Assembly: GCA_964491475.1 (NCBI GenBank)
Contig: CAZBFO010000003.1
Location: 136,766-200,765, forward strand
Length of the DNA stretch: 64,000 nt
Direction: 5' to 3'
Origin: an uncultured Gammaproteobacteria bacterium
Lineage (GTDB): Bacteria > Patescibacteriota > Patescibacteriia > SG8-24
The notes under the pieces were generated by a model. The model was not told the DNA's origin and did not search any database. It saw nothing but the letters and a program-made list of their open reading frames with translations. Within the stretch, counting starts at the first letter, position 1, and each line of letters starts with the position of its first letter. Both the position numbers and the translations under genes were made by a program. Below, piece by piece: positions 56,338-64,000 of this stretch.

Positions 56338-56997
56338 ATGCGATTCGCCATCCTTCGTGTTTTGGCCCTGCTCGCCTTGGCGCTGCTGCCGTTCGTCGCC
56401 TGCAGCAACGTGCCGCCGCCGCGCTACGTCAATCCCCAGCACGGAAAGCCGACGACCGTGACCGTCTGGCTCGACCCCAGGACGGGTCTTCCGCCGCAGG
56501 ACACTTTGGCCGGCTGCAACTACTGGAACGAGACGGACGTCCGCTGCGTCCTGACGCACAACGTCGTCGAGTCGGACGTCGCCATCATCGCCGACGATCA
56601 CCCCTGCTCGCCCAACGAGAAGGGCTCGTATGACATCGCCTTCGCCAGTCCGGCGCGGGTCATATCGGTGCGGATCGACTGTTTCTACGACACCTCGCGC
56701 GTTGCAGGCTTCGATGCCGAGGAGTACCGATCGGTGATCGCCCACGAAGTGGGCCATGAGATCGGCATCTGGGACCACGTGCCGCATTCATGCGAAAAGC
56801 CCGAAGAGAAGGCCAAGCCTCCGGCTTCGCGCCTCTGCGGCGACGCCATCATGAACCCGTCGTACGATCCCCGGGTGTCGTACCTGACGCCGGCCGACGC
56901 CGTAGCCTTCGCCCGGCGTGACCGCCACTATACGGTGGTGCCGCCGCGAGCCGGCATCGAGAATCGCGCCTGCGTGATCTCCACCCCGAAAAAGTGA
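56338..56997 (+). CDS. Lipoprotein metzincin metallopeptidase
   Basis: Lipobox VAC; HEVGHEIGIWDH; Met-turn AIMNP. Confidence 0.82.
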   Translation: MRFAILRVLALLALALLPFVACSNVPPPRYVNPQHGKPTTVTVWLDPRTGLPPQDTLAGCNYWNETDVRCVLTHNVVESDVAIIADDHPCSPNEKGSYDIAFASPARVISVRIDCFYDTSRVAGFDAEEYRSVIAHEVGHEIGIWDHVPHSCEKPEEKAKPPASRLCGDAIMNPSYDPRVSYLTPADAVAFARRDRHYTVVPPRAGIENRACVISTPKK

Positions 56998-57054
56998 ATC
57001 TCTCCGCTCGGAGGGATTTTTTTGCGCCTGCGGGCGTAAAAAAAGTCGCCCCCT

Positions 57055-57666
57055 TCATGGAGACGACGGCCGTTTCTTGCCGAAGCGGGCGAGCAGGCCG
57101 ACTCCGGAATGGGTGATGCCGCAGCTGATCGGATAGACCAGGTCGGGCCAGTGGCCGTGCCAGCGGAGCAGCACCGTGGCCAGGATGAAGACGTAGACGG
57201 AACCCCACAGCAGCCAGGCGGTCGGTTTTTCCGAATTCGGGTCGGCCAACACTCTGCGATAGGTGGGGATCATCGAGATGGCGATGGCCACTTGCATGAT
57301 CAGGTTGGCCAGCGTGGCGTTGCGCCAGTGCCACCATACGCCCGCCGTCGAGAGGCCAGCGATGAACAGGAAGACGTCCAGCCTGTCAAAACGGGCGGTG
57401 CTCTTTCTGGCGAGCGCCAGGCAGAACACCACCGTGCAGGCCGCCGCGCCCGCGAACGAGGCGAAGGCCTTGGGCGCGTCGCCGCTCATGATCAGGTAGC
57501 TGCTGGCGTTGAGCCAGGTCAGGATCACCCACAGGCCCCAGGTGGCCGGGTTCAGGGGCTGCTGGCCGTTCCAGATGGCGCGGCCGTAAATGACGTAGCC
57601 GGTCAGCTTGATGACCGCCGCGGTGATGCCGCAGAGCATGCCGGCCGTTTCCAAAACAGGGGACAT
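57055..57666 (-). CDS. Multi-pass membrane protein
   Basis: Several TM helices; P..ATW..W and IPT...P.SE..AW motifs; GGAGG SD. Confidence 0.7.
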   Translation of the reverse strand: MSPVLETAGMLCGITAAVIKLTGYVIYGRAIWNGQQPLNPATWGLWVILTWLNASSYLIMSGDAPKAFASFAGAAACTVVFCLALARKSTARFDRLDVFLFIAGLSTAGVWWHWRNATLANLIMQVAIAISMIPTYRRVLADPNSEKPTAWLLWGSVYVFILATVLLRWHGHWPDLVYPISCGITHSGVGLLARFGKKRPSSP

Positions 57667-57822
57667 CGTGCCTCCTTTGCAGGCAGTCGTCCGCATCGAA
57701 TGAGCTGCAGTCGGTGTAGCGCATGGGGGAGATTCTGTCCATGCGCGGCCCGGCGGCGACCGTTGACCGCCGCAGTGAAACGTGGCAAGCTGCCTGCGGC
57801 TCATTCAAAAGGAGGACCAGGA

Positions 57823-58530
57823 ATGCAAGCCCATGAACGCATCATCGTCGCGTTGGACGTCGACAGCCTCGACGCCGCCAAACGGCACATCGAGGCGCTG
57901 GCGCCCCACGTCGGTTACTTCAAAGTCGGGCTCGAGCTGATCACTGCGGTCGGCGGTCCGGCGGCCGTTGCTGCCGTCAGGGCCGCGGGCGGCAGGGTGA
58001 TGTACGACGCCAAGTTCCACGACATTCCCGCCACCATGGCGGGCGCGGCACGCTCGGCGGTCAAGGCGCAGCAGGTGGATTTCTTCACCGTCCACGCCTC
58101 CGCCTCCAAGGCCGGCATGATCGCGGCCGTCGACGCCGTCGGCGGCGAGAAGGTCATCGGCGTCACCGTGCTGACCAGCCTGACCGACGGGCAGTGCATG
58201 GAAGTGTACGGCACCAAGGTCGACACCGCCGTGCTGCAGTTCGCATACTCCATGGTCGAGGCGGGCGTGCATTGGATCGTCTGCTCTCCCAAGGAACTTG
58301 GCGCGCTTGCCAAGGCGGGACTGCCTCTCAAGCCGATTACGCCCGGCGTCCGTCCGGTTTGGGCCGATGCCAACGATCAGAAGCGGGTGATGACGCCGGC
58401 GGAGGCCGTGAAGGGCGGCGCGCAGATGCTGGTCATCGGCCGTCCCATTCTCAAGCCGCCCTCCTCGCTCGGTTCGCCGGTCGAGGCGGCCAAACGGATC
58501 GCGGACGAGATCGCGGGAGCGCTGCAATGA
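57823..58530 (+). CDS. pyrF: Orotidine-5'-phosphate decarboxylase
   Basis: IVALD, FKVG, DAKFHDIPATM, VTVLTS, TPGVR, DQKR, VIGRPI. Confidence 0.96.
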   Translation: MQAHERIIVALDVDSLDAAKRHIEALAPHVGYFKVGLELITAVGGPAAVAAVRAAGGRVMYDAKFHDIPATMAGAARSAVKAQQVDFFTVHASASKAGMIAAVDAVGGEKVIGVTVLTSLTDGQCMEVYGTKVDTAVLQFAYSMVEAGVHWIVCSPKELGALAKAGLPLKPITPGVRPVWADANDQKRVMTPAEAVKGGAQMLVIGRPILKPPSSLGSPVEAAKRIADEIAGALQ

Positions 58531-59192
58531 GCTTCGAGTCGTTTGCCGCCTACGAGGCCGGCAGGCTGCTCAAGGAGTGCGGTGCGATCATTCGTGATGA
58601 CCATTTCGTCTACGCTTCGGGCCGGCACGGTTCGGCGTACGTGGACAAGAAACTGGTTCTTGACGACCGCGAAGCGCTCGGCGAGCTTTGCCACCTGATC
58701 GCCTGCAGCTTTTCCGACGCTGACTACGCCGTCGTGGTCGGTCCGGAGAGCGGCGGCATCAAGATCGCCGACGGCGTGGCTGCCTGCCTACGCCGCGGCT
58801 ACGGCGGCAGGAAACGTGCGGCGTTCTCGGTGCACGCCAAGAAGACGCCGGACGGCGGGTTCGCCTTCGATGCCGAGTCGCGCTCCGTGGTCTATGCCCG
58901 GAACGTGCTGGTGGTCGAGGACGTGCTCACCACCGGCGGCAGCTGCCGCAAGACGGTGGAGCTGGTCCGCGCTGCCGGCGGCAATGTGGTCGGCGTCGGC
59001 GCCTTCGTGAACCGCGGACACGTGGACGCGAACGCCGTCGGCGGCGCGCTGCGGCTGGTGACGCTGGTGGACCTGCCGCTGGCATCATGGGCCGAGGAAG
59101 AGTGTCCGCTTTGCGCTTCGGGCGTGCCCGTGCGTGCGGACCTCGGCAAGGGACAGGCCTTTCTGGACAGGAAGCGCCTGCAGGAGAAGTGA
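58527..59192 (+). CDS. pyrE: Orotate phosphoribosyltransferase
   Basis: HFVYASGRH..YVD, VVEDVLTTGGS PRPP motif; ATGA overlap with pyrF. Confidence 0.88.
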   Translation: MSFESFAAYEAGRLLKECGAIIRDDHFVYASGRHGSAYVDKKLVLDDREALGELCHLIACSFSDADYAVVVGPESGGIKIADGVAACLRRGYGGRKRAAFSVHAKKTPDGGFAFDAESRSVVYARNVLVVEDVLTTGGSCRKTVELVRAAGGNVVGVGAFVNRGHVDANAVGGALRLVTLVDLPLASWAEEECPLCASGVPVRADLGKGQAFLDRKRLQEK

Positions 59193-59317
59193 CCGCTTGA
59201 CCGTTCCTGATCAGGAACGGTTTTTCTTTTCTTTTTTTTGGGCCGCGATTGACCTCGCGCGTCGGCGCGTGATACAACGATGCCGAGCTCTTTCAAGAAA
59301 GGTTTACGGAGGCCCAC

Positions 59318-60031
59318 ATGGACCAACTTGTCCAGGCATTGCAGGGCTTCGGCCTGCTGATGCTGCTGCTGTTCGGCATCGCGCTGGTGCACCTGTTCGT
59401 CAACGCCTTGAGCGGACCGACCGCGCAGGAACACCGTCGGCCGGCGGGGTCGTACCTGCCGCTCGACGAGCTGGTGGCGATGATCTGCGGCAGGAACGGC
59501 AAAGGCTGCGCCCGCATCCTGGCCGACAACCGTCGGCTGTTCGAGACCGTTCAGGGATCGACCAACAACCACCAGGACTGGCCGGGCGGTTACGTCGACC
59601 ACGTCACCGACGGCATGAACGTGGCGGTGGTGCTCTACGCGGCGCTGTCCGCCAAGCGGCCGCTGCCGTTCACGCTCTCCGACGCCCTGCTGGTGTTCTT
59701 CCTCCACGACATCGAAAAGCCGTGGAAGTACCAAGTCGGCGAAGACGGCGAGCTGCACCATCGGCCGGAATTCAAGACCAAGGAGGACGCGCACGCCTTC
59801 CGCGCCCTCAAGTTGCGCGAGTACGGCATCGCATTGAGCGACGACCAGCAGAACGGCCTGCACTACGTCGAGGGCGAGCTGGACGACTACTCCAGCCGCC
59901 GCCGCGTGATGGGACCGCTGGCCGCCTTCTGCCACCTGTGCGACGTCACCAGCGCTCGCATCTGGTTTGACCGCCCGATTTCGGACGGCGATCCGTGGCC
60001 GGGAGCCGGGCGATTCCGCACGCGCCCTTAA
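59318..60031 (+). CDS. HD-domain protein with N-terminal TM
   Basis: HQDWPGGY.DH, LHDIEKP, CD..SAR. Confidence 0.75.
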   Translation: MDQLVQALQGFGLLMLLLFGIALVHLFVNALSGPTAQEHRRPAGSYLPLDELVAMICGRNGKGCARILADNRRLFETVQGSTNNHQDWPGGYVDHVTDGMNVAVVLYAALSAKRPLPFTLSDALLVFFLHDIEKPWKYQVGEDGELHHRPEFKTKEDAHAFRALKLREYGIALSDDQQNGLHYVEGELDDYSSRRRVMGPLAAFCHLCDVTSARIWFDRPISDGDPWPGAGRFRTRP

Positions 60032-60118
60032 ACGAAAGGACCCTCACTGGGGGTCCTTTTTTTTCGGCTGGATGTCTTTCGCTCCGCCATTGCCGGTTCG
60101 GCGGCCGGCCCGTCGCCC

Positions 60119-61486
60119 TCACCATCCGAACAGCTTACCGACGTCCTCGGCGGTCTCGCGCTTGCGGCCGACGGTCACGTCGCCGTCCTTGCAGACGATC
60201 TTGGCCGGACGGGACAGCAGGCAGTGGTGGCTGGAAAGCGCGTCCTGATAGGCGCCGGTGTCGAGCACGGCCACCAGCGGGCGGTCGCCCTCCTCGATCT
60301 TGGGCAGTTGGACGCCGGTGCCGCCGGCGGTGTACTTGTCGTCGGAATCGCAGCTGGAACCGGCCAGCCAGACCTTCTGTACGCGACGCGTGTCCATGCC
60401 GGTGGCCGGAATGACGTGCCAGCGCTGGTGGATCGCCCAGGTGTCGACCAGGTCGTTCATGAAGCTGCCGTCGATGGTGTACCAGCGCTTGGCGTAGCCC
60501 TCCTGTACCGGCTTCTCGGCGATGACCGAGTAAACGGAAATTTGCGCGGGCGCGGCCACGTGGCGCCCCCACTCGCAGATGATGTTCGGCTCGCGCACGT
60601 TCAGCTTGACGCAGGCGCTCTTGAACGTCTTGACGATGCGCTGCACCGCCGCCTTGGTGGAGTAGAAGCGCTTTTTTTCGTAGGGCACTCCGCCCCCTCC
60701 GCCGATGTTGATGGTGTCGAGGTTGGGATTCTTCTCGCGCAGCTTGGCGTAGAGCATCACCGCGCGCTTGATCGGGTCGGTGAAGCCGTCCATGTTCTCG
60801 ATCTGGCTGGAGATATGGTAGGAGAGCACCGCCAGGTTGCGTATCTTGCCCATGCCCATCAGGTCGTCCTCGCGGATGCCGAAGACGTTGAACTTCTTGT
60901 CCCAGTGCGACTTCACGCGCAGGTTCATGTCGACGCGCACGCCGACCTCTCCCTTGTAGCGCTTGAAGAAGTCGAACTCCGAAGCTTCCTCGATGATCGG
61001 GGTGATCATCAGCCCCTTGCGGTCGAGCTCGTCGATGAGGGTGAGGTACTTTTCGGTCTTGGGGCCGTTGCAGAGCACGCGGGTGCGGTCGGCGAACTTT
61101 TCCTGCTCCCACAGCTTCTTCACGATCCACAGCTCGTTGGCCGAGGAGGTTTCCAGGTTGGCGCCTTCGGAGATGAGCGAGAGCACGAACTCCTTGCTCT
61201 GGTTGACCTTCATCGGGTAGTGGTAGAGGAACCGCCCGCGGTAGTCGTTCAGCTTGATGTAGGCGTTGAAAATTTCGATCAGGTTGCGCACGCGGCGTTC
61301 GATGATGTGCGGGAAAACCAGCTCCAGCGGCGATCCGTACTTTTTTACCAGCTCGGCGACGTTGTACTGGTAGAACCCTTCCTTCACCAGCAGGTCGCCT
61401 TTCTTGGAGACGTCGAACCACTGGGTGTTGAATTCCTCCTTGCCCAGTTTCCAGAATTGCTTGAACCCGTTGCGTTTTTTCTTCAT
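60119..61486 (-). CDS. PLP-dependent Orn/DAP/Arg decarboxylase (arginine decarboxylase-like)
   Basis: YPMKVNQ, CNGPK, NIGGG, EWGR, SCDSD, DTGAYQD.L..HCL. Confidence 0.88.
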   Translation of the reverse strand: MKKKRNGFKQFWKLGKEEFNTQWFDVSKKGDLLVKEGFYQYNVAELVKKYGSPLELVFPHIIERRVRNLIEIFNAYIKLNDYRGRFLYHYPMKVNQSKEFVLSLISEGANLETSSANELWIVKKLWEQEKFADRTRVLCNGPKTEKYLTLIDELDRKGLMITPIIEEASEFDFFKRYKGEVGVRVDMNLRVKSHWDKKFNVFGIREDDLMGMGKIRNLAVLSYHISSQIENMDGFTDPIKRAVMLYAKLREKNPNLDTINIGGGGGVPYEKKRFYSTKAAVQRIVKTFKSACVKLNVREPNIICEWGRHVAAPAQISVYSVIAEKPVQEGYAKRWYTIDGSFMNDLVDTWAIHQRWHVIPATGMDTRRVQKVWLAGSSCDSDDKYTAGGTGVQLPKIEEGDRPLVAVLDTGAYQDALSSHHCLLSRPAKIVCKDGDVTVGRKRETAEDVGKLFGW

Positions 61487-61752
61487 AGGAAAACAAAACG
61501 AACGTCCCTCAAGGGCGTTCGTCCACCAAAAAACAAACCGAAGGCATTGCGCCGCGACGCTCGTAACACGTGATGGGGAAGTCGTCTTTGTTGCTCATCA
61601 CCGTCATGCGGAGTGTGTCCGCTGTGACTATAGCATGCGCCGTTTTAGGGGCACAATATGCCGCACTATTGCAGGACCGTCAAGGGGAAAACACGGTAAG
61701 GCGGCTTGCCGGGCATTTTTTATTTTTGCCTCGCGCGGTACGATGACCGCGT

Positions 61753-62061
61753 ATGAAGACGAAACGCTGGCACGTCTACCTGCTCCGGTGCGCCGACGGC
61801 ACCCTGTATTGCGGCGTCACCAACGACCTGCCGCGTCGGCTCGCCGCGCATCTTGCAGGCAAGGGCGCCAAGTACACCAGGCCGCGCAGGCCGGTGAAAC
61901 TGGCGTGGAGCGTGCGGGTTCGGGACAAGTCGGCCGCGCTGAAGCGGGAGCATGCGGTGAAAGCCTTAAGCCGAGGGCAGAAGTTGCGTCTGATATCCGT
62001 GCGATCGACGGCCTCAGCCTCAGGCAAAAGAAAAGCGCGGACCAGGAAGGTCCGCGCGTGA
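61753..62061 (+). CDS. GIY-YIG nuclease (UPF0213)
   Basis: VYLLRCADGTLYCG.T.D..RR..H..GKGAKYTR. Confidence 0.9.
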   Translation: MKTKRWHVYLLRCADGTLYCGVTNDLPRRLAAHLAGKGAKYTRPRRPVKLAWSVRVRDKSAALKREHAVKALSRGQKLRLISVRSTASASGKRKARTRKVRA

Positions 62062-62064
62062 TTG

Positions 62065-63090
62065 TCAGCCGGCCACCCGCCAGGGGATCGTACGACCTGC
62101 AAGGAACGGCACGACGCCGTATTCGCATTCCGTCGGCACTTCCGTGGGGAGGCGTTCGAGCGTCACTTTGCTTTTGTTGCGGGGCAGCCCGTAATGGTCT
62201 GCGCCTGCGGCAGAGGTGAAGTACTCCAACCAGAGGGATCCGCCGTCGAGCGCGCCTTGCCGTTCGAAAATGTCCGTCAGCGCGGCATGCGCCAGGAACG
62301 AGGTGTAGACGCCGGCGCAACCGCTGGCGCATTCCTTGCGACCGCGGAGGTGCGGCGCCGAGTCCGTGCCGAGAAAGAACTTTCGACTGCCGGACATCGC
62401 CGCGCCAAGCAGCGCTGCGCGATCTTCGCGCGTCTTTGCGATCGGCTTGCAGAAATGGTGCGGCTGCAGCATGCCGCCGACGACGTCGTCGAGCGTCAGC
62501 AGCAGGTGATGGACGGTGATGGTCGCGGCGACGTTGTCCGGGGCGGCCAGCACGAACCGTACGGCATCGGCGCAAGAGACGTGCTCTAGCACGATCTTGA
62601 GCTTGGGGAAGTCACGTGCGATTTCGCCGAGCGTCGGCAGAAAAGCGCGCTCGCGGTCCAGGCAGAACGCGCCGGGCAGCTCGCCGTGGAGGCAGAGCAC
62701 CATTTCGCAATCCCGCATCGTCTCGAATACGGGATACAGCCTGCGAATGTCGGTCACGCCGTCTGCGGAGTTGGTGGTCACTCCTTCGGGGTACAGTTTG
62801 CCTGCCACGGCTCCCGCCTTCTTGGCGCGCAGCAACTGCTCCGGCTGCGTCGCTTCGACCAGCTTGACGGTCATGAGCGGCTGGAAAGTCGTTCCCATGG
62901 GGACCGCCGCGAGGATTTGCGTCCGGTAGACTTCTACCTGCGCTTCGCTGCGTATCGGCTTTTCGGTGTTGGGCATGACCAGCGCGCGGGCAAAATGCCT
63001 CGCGGTCGCCGGCACGACGGACTTCAGCATGTCGTGCTCGCGAAAATGCACGTGGAAGTCGTCCCATCGTCGCATGGTGATCGTTCGCAT
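62065..63090 (-). CDS. pyrC: Dihydroorotase (E. coli-type)
   Basis: DDFHVHFR, MPN, KLYP..TTNS, LHGE, LEH, CKP, GTDSAPH. Confidence 0.94.
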   Translation of the reverse strand: MRTITMRRWDDFHVHFREHDMLKSVVPATARHFARALVMPNTEKPIRSEAQVEVYRTQILAAVPMGTTFQPLMTVKLVEATQPEQLLRAKKAGAVAGKLYPEGVTTNSADGVTDIRRLYPVFETMRDCEMVLCLHGELPGAFCLDRERAFLPTLGEIARDFPKLKIVLEHVSCADAVRFVLAAPDNVAATITVHHLLLTLDDVVGGMLQPHHFCKPIAKTREDRAALLGAAMSGSRKFFLGTDSAPHLRGRKECASGCAGVYTSFLAHAALTDIFERQGALDGGSLWLEYFTSAAGADHYGLPRNKSKVTLERLPTEVPTECEYGVVPFLAGRTIPWRVAG

Positions 63091-63256
63091 TTCGGTACTC
63101 CTTTGCGGTCGTTCGGGGTCCGCATCAATTCGTGGACATGAGAAAGGACGGCGGGAACACGATAGCGGCCGACGGACCTTCCGTCAAAGCGAATCTTCGC
63201 GTCTTGTGTTTCCCAGATGAAACAAAAAAAACCTCCCGTAAAGGAGGCTTTTTCCG

Positions 63257-64000
63257 TTAGCGCTTGCGGCGGAAGTCGCGATTGCGCGCGGGCTTCTTCT
63301 TGAGGTCGCCGGAGGCGTGGGGGCCGAAGAAGCCGACGCCGCCGTCCGCGCCGGCGTTGCCGATGATGTCGGACTCGCTCTTGGCGGGACGCTGCGAGGG
63401 GCTGTTCGGGGTGACGACGATCGGCTTGGGTGCCGGGCCGGACGGGGCCGTTCGCGGCTTGACCACCATCACGCCCGGGCGCTTGGGATCGGGCTTCACG
63501 TAGTTGCCGCCGTAGGGCTTGTTGCTGTGCGGGCGGGAACCGGCGTCGCGGCGGCCGAGCGCGTTGGTGCGATTGGTGCGGCCGTATCCGCGTTCGTTGT
63601 CGCGTTCCGTCGGGGGAAGCGAGCGGTGCGGGGGGAGGTCGGCGGGGAGTTTGGTGATGGGAAGCTGGATGCGGGTGACGCGCTCGATGGAGCGGACCTC
63701 GTCGCCCTGGTCGGGCATGGCGAAGGTGATGGCATGGCCCGTCAGGCCGGCGCGGCCGGTGCGGCCGATGCGGTGGACGTAGTCTTCCGGATTTTCCGGA
63801 ACGTCATAGTTGATGACGGCGGCGATGCCGGAGACGTCGATGCCGCGGGCGGCGATGTCGGTGGCCACCAGCACGCGGTATTTGCCAGACTTGAATCCGT
63901 CGAGCGCCTCGCGGCGCTGGGCCAGCGAGCGGTTCGAGTGGATTTCGGCGGCGCTGTGGCCCATCGACTTCACGGCGCGCATGATCTTCTTGGCGCCGAA
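63257..64000 (-). CDS. DEAD-box RNA helicase (RhlE-like), 5' part outside the window
   Basis: LVATDIAARGID, YVHRIGRTGRAG, basic tail. Confidence 0.92.
   Translation of the reverse strand, partial: FGAKKIMRAVKSMGHSAAEIHSNRSLAQRREALDGFKSGKYRVLVATDIAARGIDVSGIAAVINYDVPENPEDYVHRIGRTGRAGLTGHAITFAMPDQGDEVRSIERVTRIQLPITKLPADLPPHRSLPPTERDNERGYGRTNRTNALGRRDAGSRPHSNKPYGGNYVKPDPKRPGVMVVKPRTAPSGPAPKPIVVTPNSPSQRPAKSESDIIGNAGADGGVGFFGPHASGDLKKKPARNRDFRRKR

Noticed and set aside
1000-61573. Many long antisense or alternative-frame ORFs (e.g. 2674-4686+, 29279-31027-, 38239-40038-, 50104-52149-)
   Set aside because: Shadow ORFs expected from high GC3 codon bias opposite well-supported genes

Overview
This is a GC-rich bacterial chromosomal window. 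It is most likely Patescibacteria/CPR, possibly Uhrbacteria-like; that is an inference from the alpha2-type glyQS, the SD-less core genes, a LAGLIDADG-like ORF inside a tRNA cluster and CPR-type DGR-target-like proteins. Core genes are murD, holB, frr, glyQS, tpiA, rpmG, arfB, ung, gpsA, pyrF/pyrE/pyrC, several ABC systems and four tRNAs (Thr-GGT, Tyr-GTA, Thr-TGT, Trp-CCA). Many accessory genes are interspersed among them. The main findings are: (1) an unannotated ~630-nt, highly structured ncRNA candidate at 10108-10734, with its own sigma70 promoter and terminator, two tandemly duplicated UUCG-rich domains and a rod ending in a C-rich anti-SD-like loop; (2) two vWA + kinase modules, each coupled to a nucleotide-modifying enzyme (a kinase-NMNAT-like fusion; an atypical kinase + vWA + PurA-like operon with a divergent SAM-like protein); (3) two DGR-target-like cassettes arrayed behind tRNA-Trp, one with an in-frame amber codon followed directly by a hairpin; (4) a ~1376-aa protein with a possible ART-like region and a C-terminal OAS/CD-NTase-like nucleotidyltransferase; (5) a sharp split between SD-less core genes and SD-led accessory genes. 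No CRISPR array, reverse transcriptase, integrase or rRNA was seen. All family assignments come from motif recognition by eye, not database searches.
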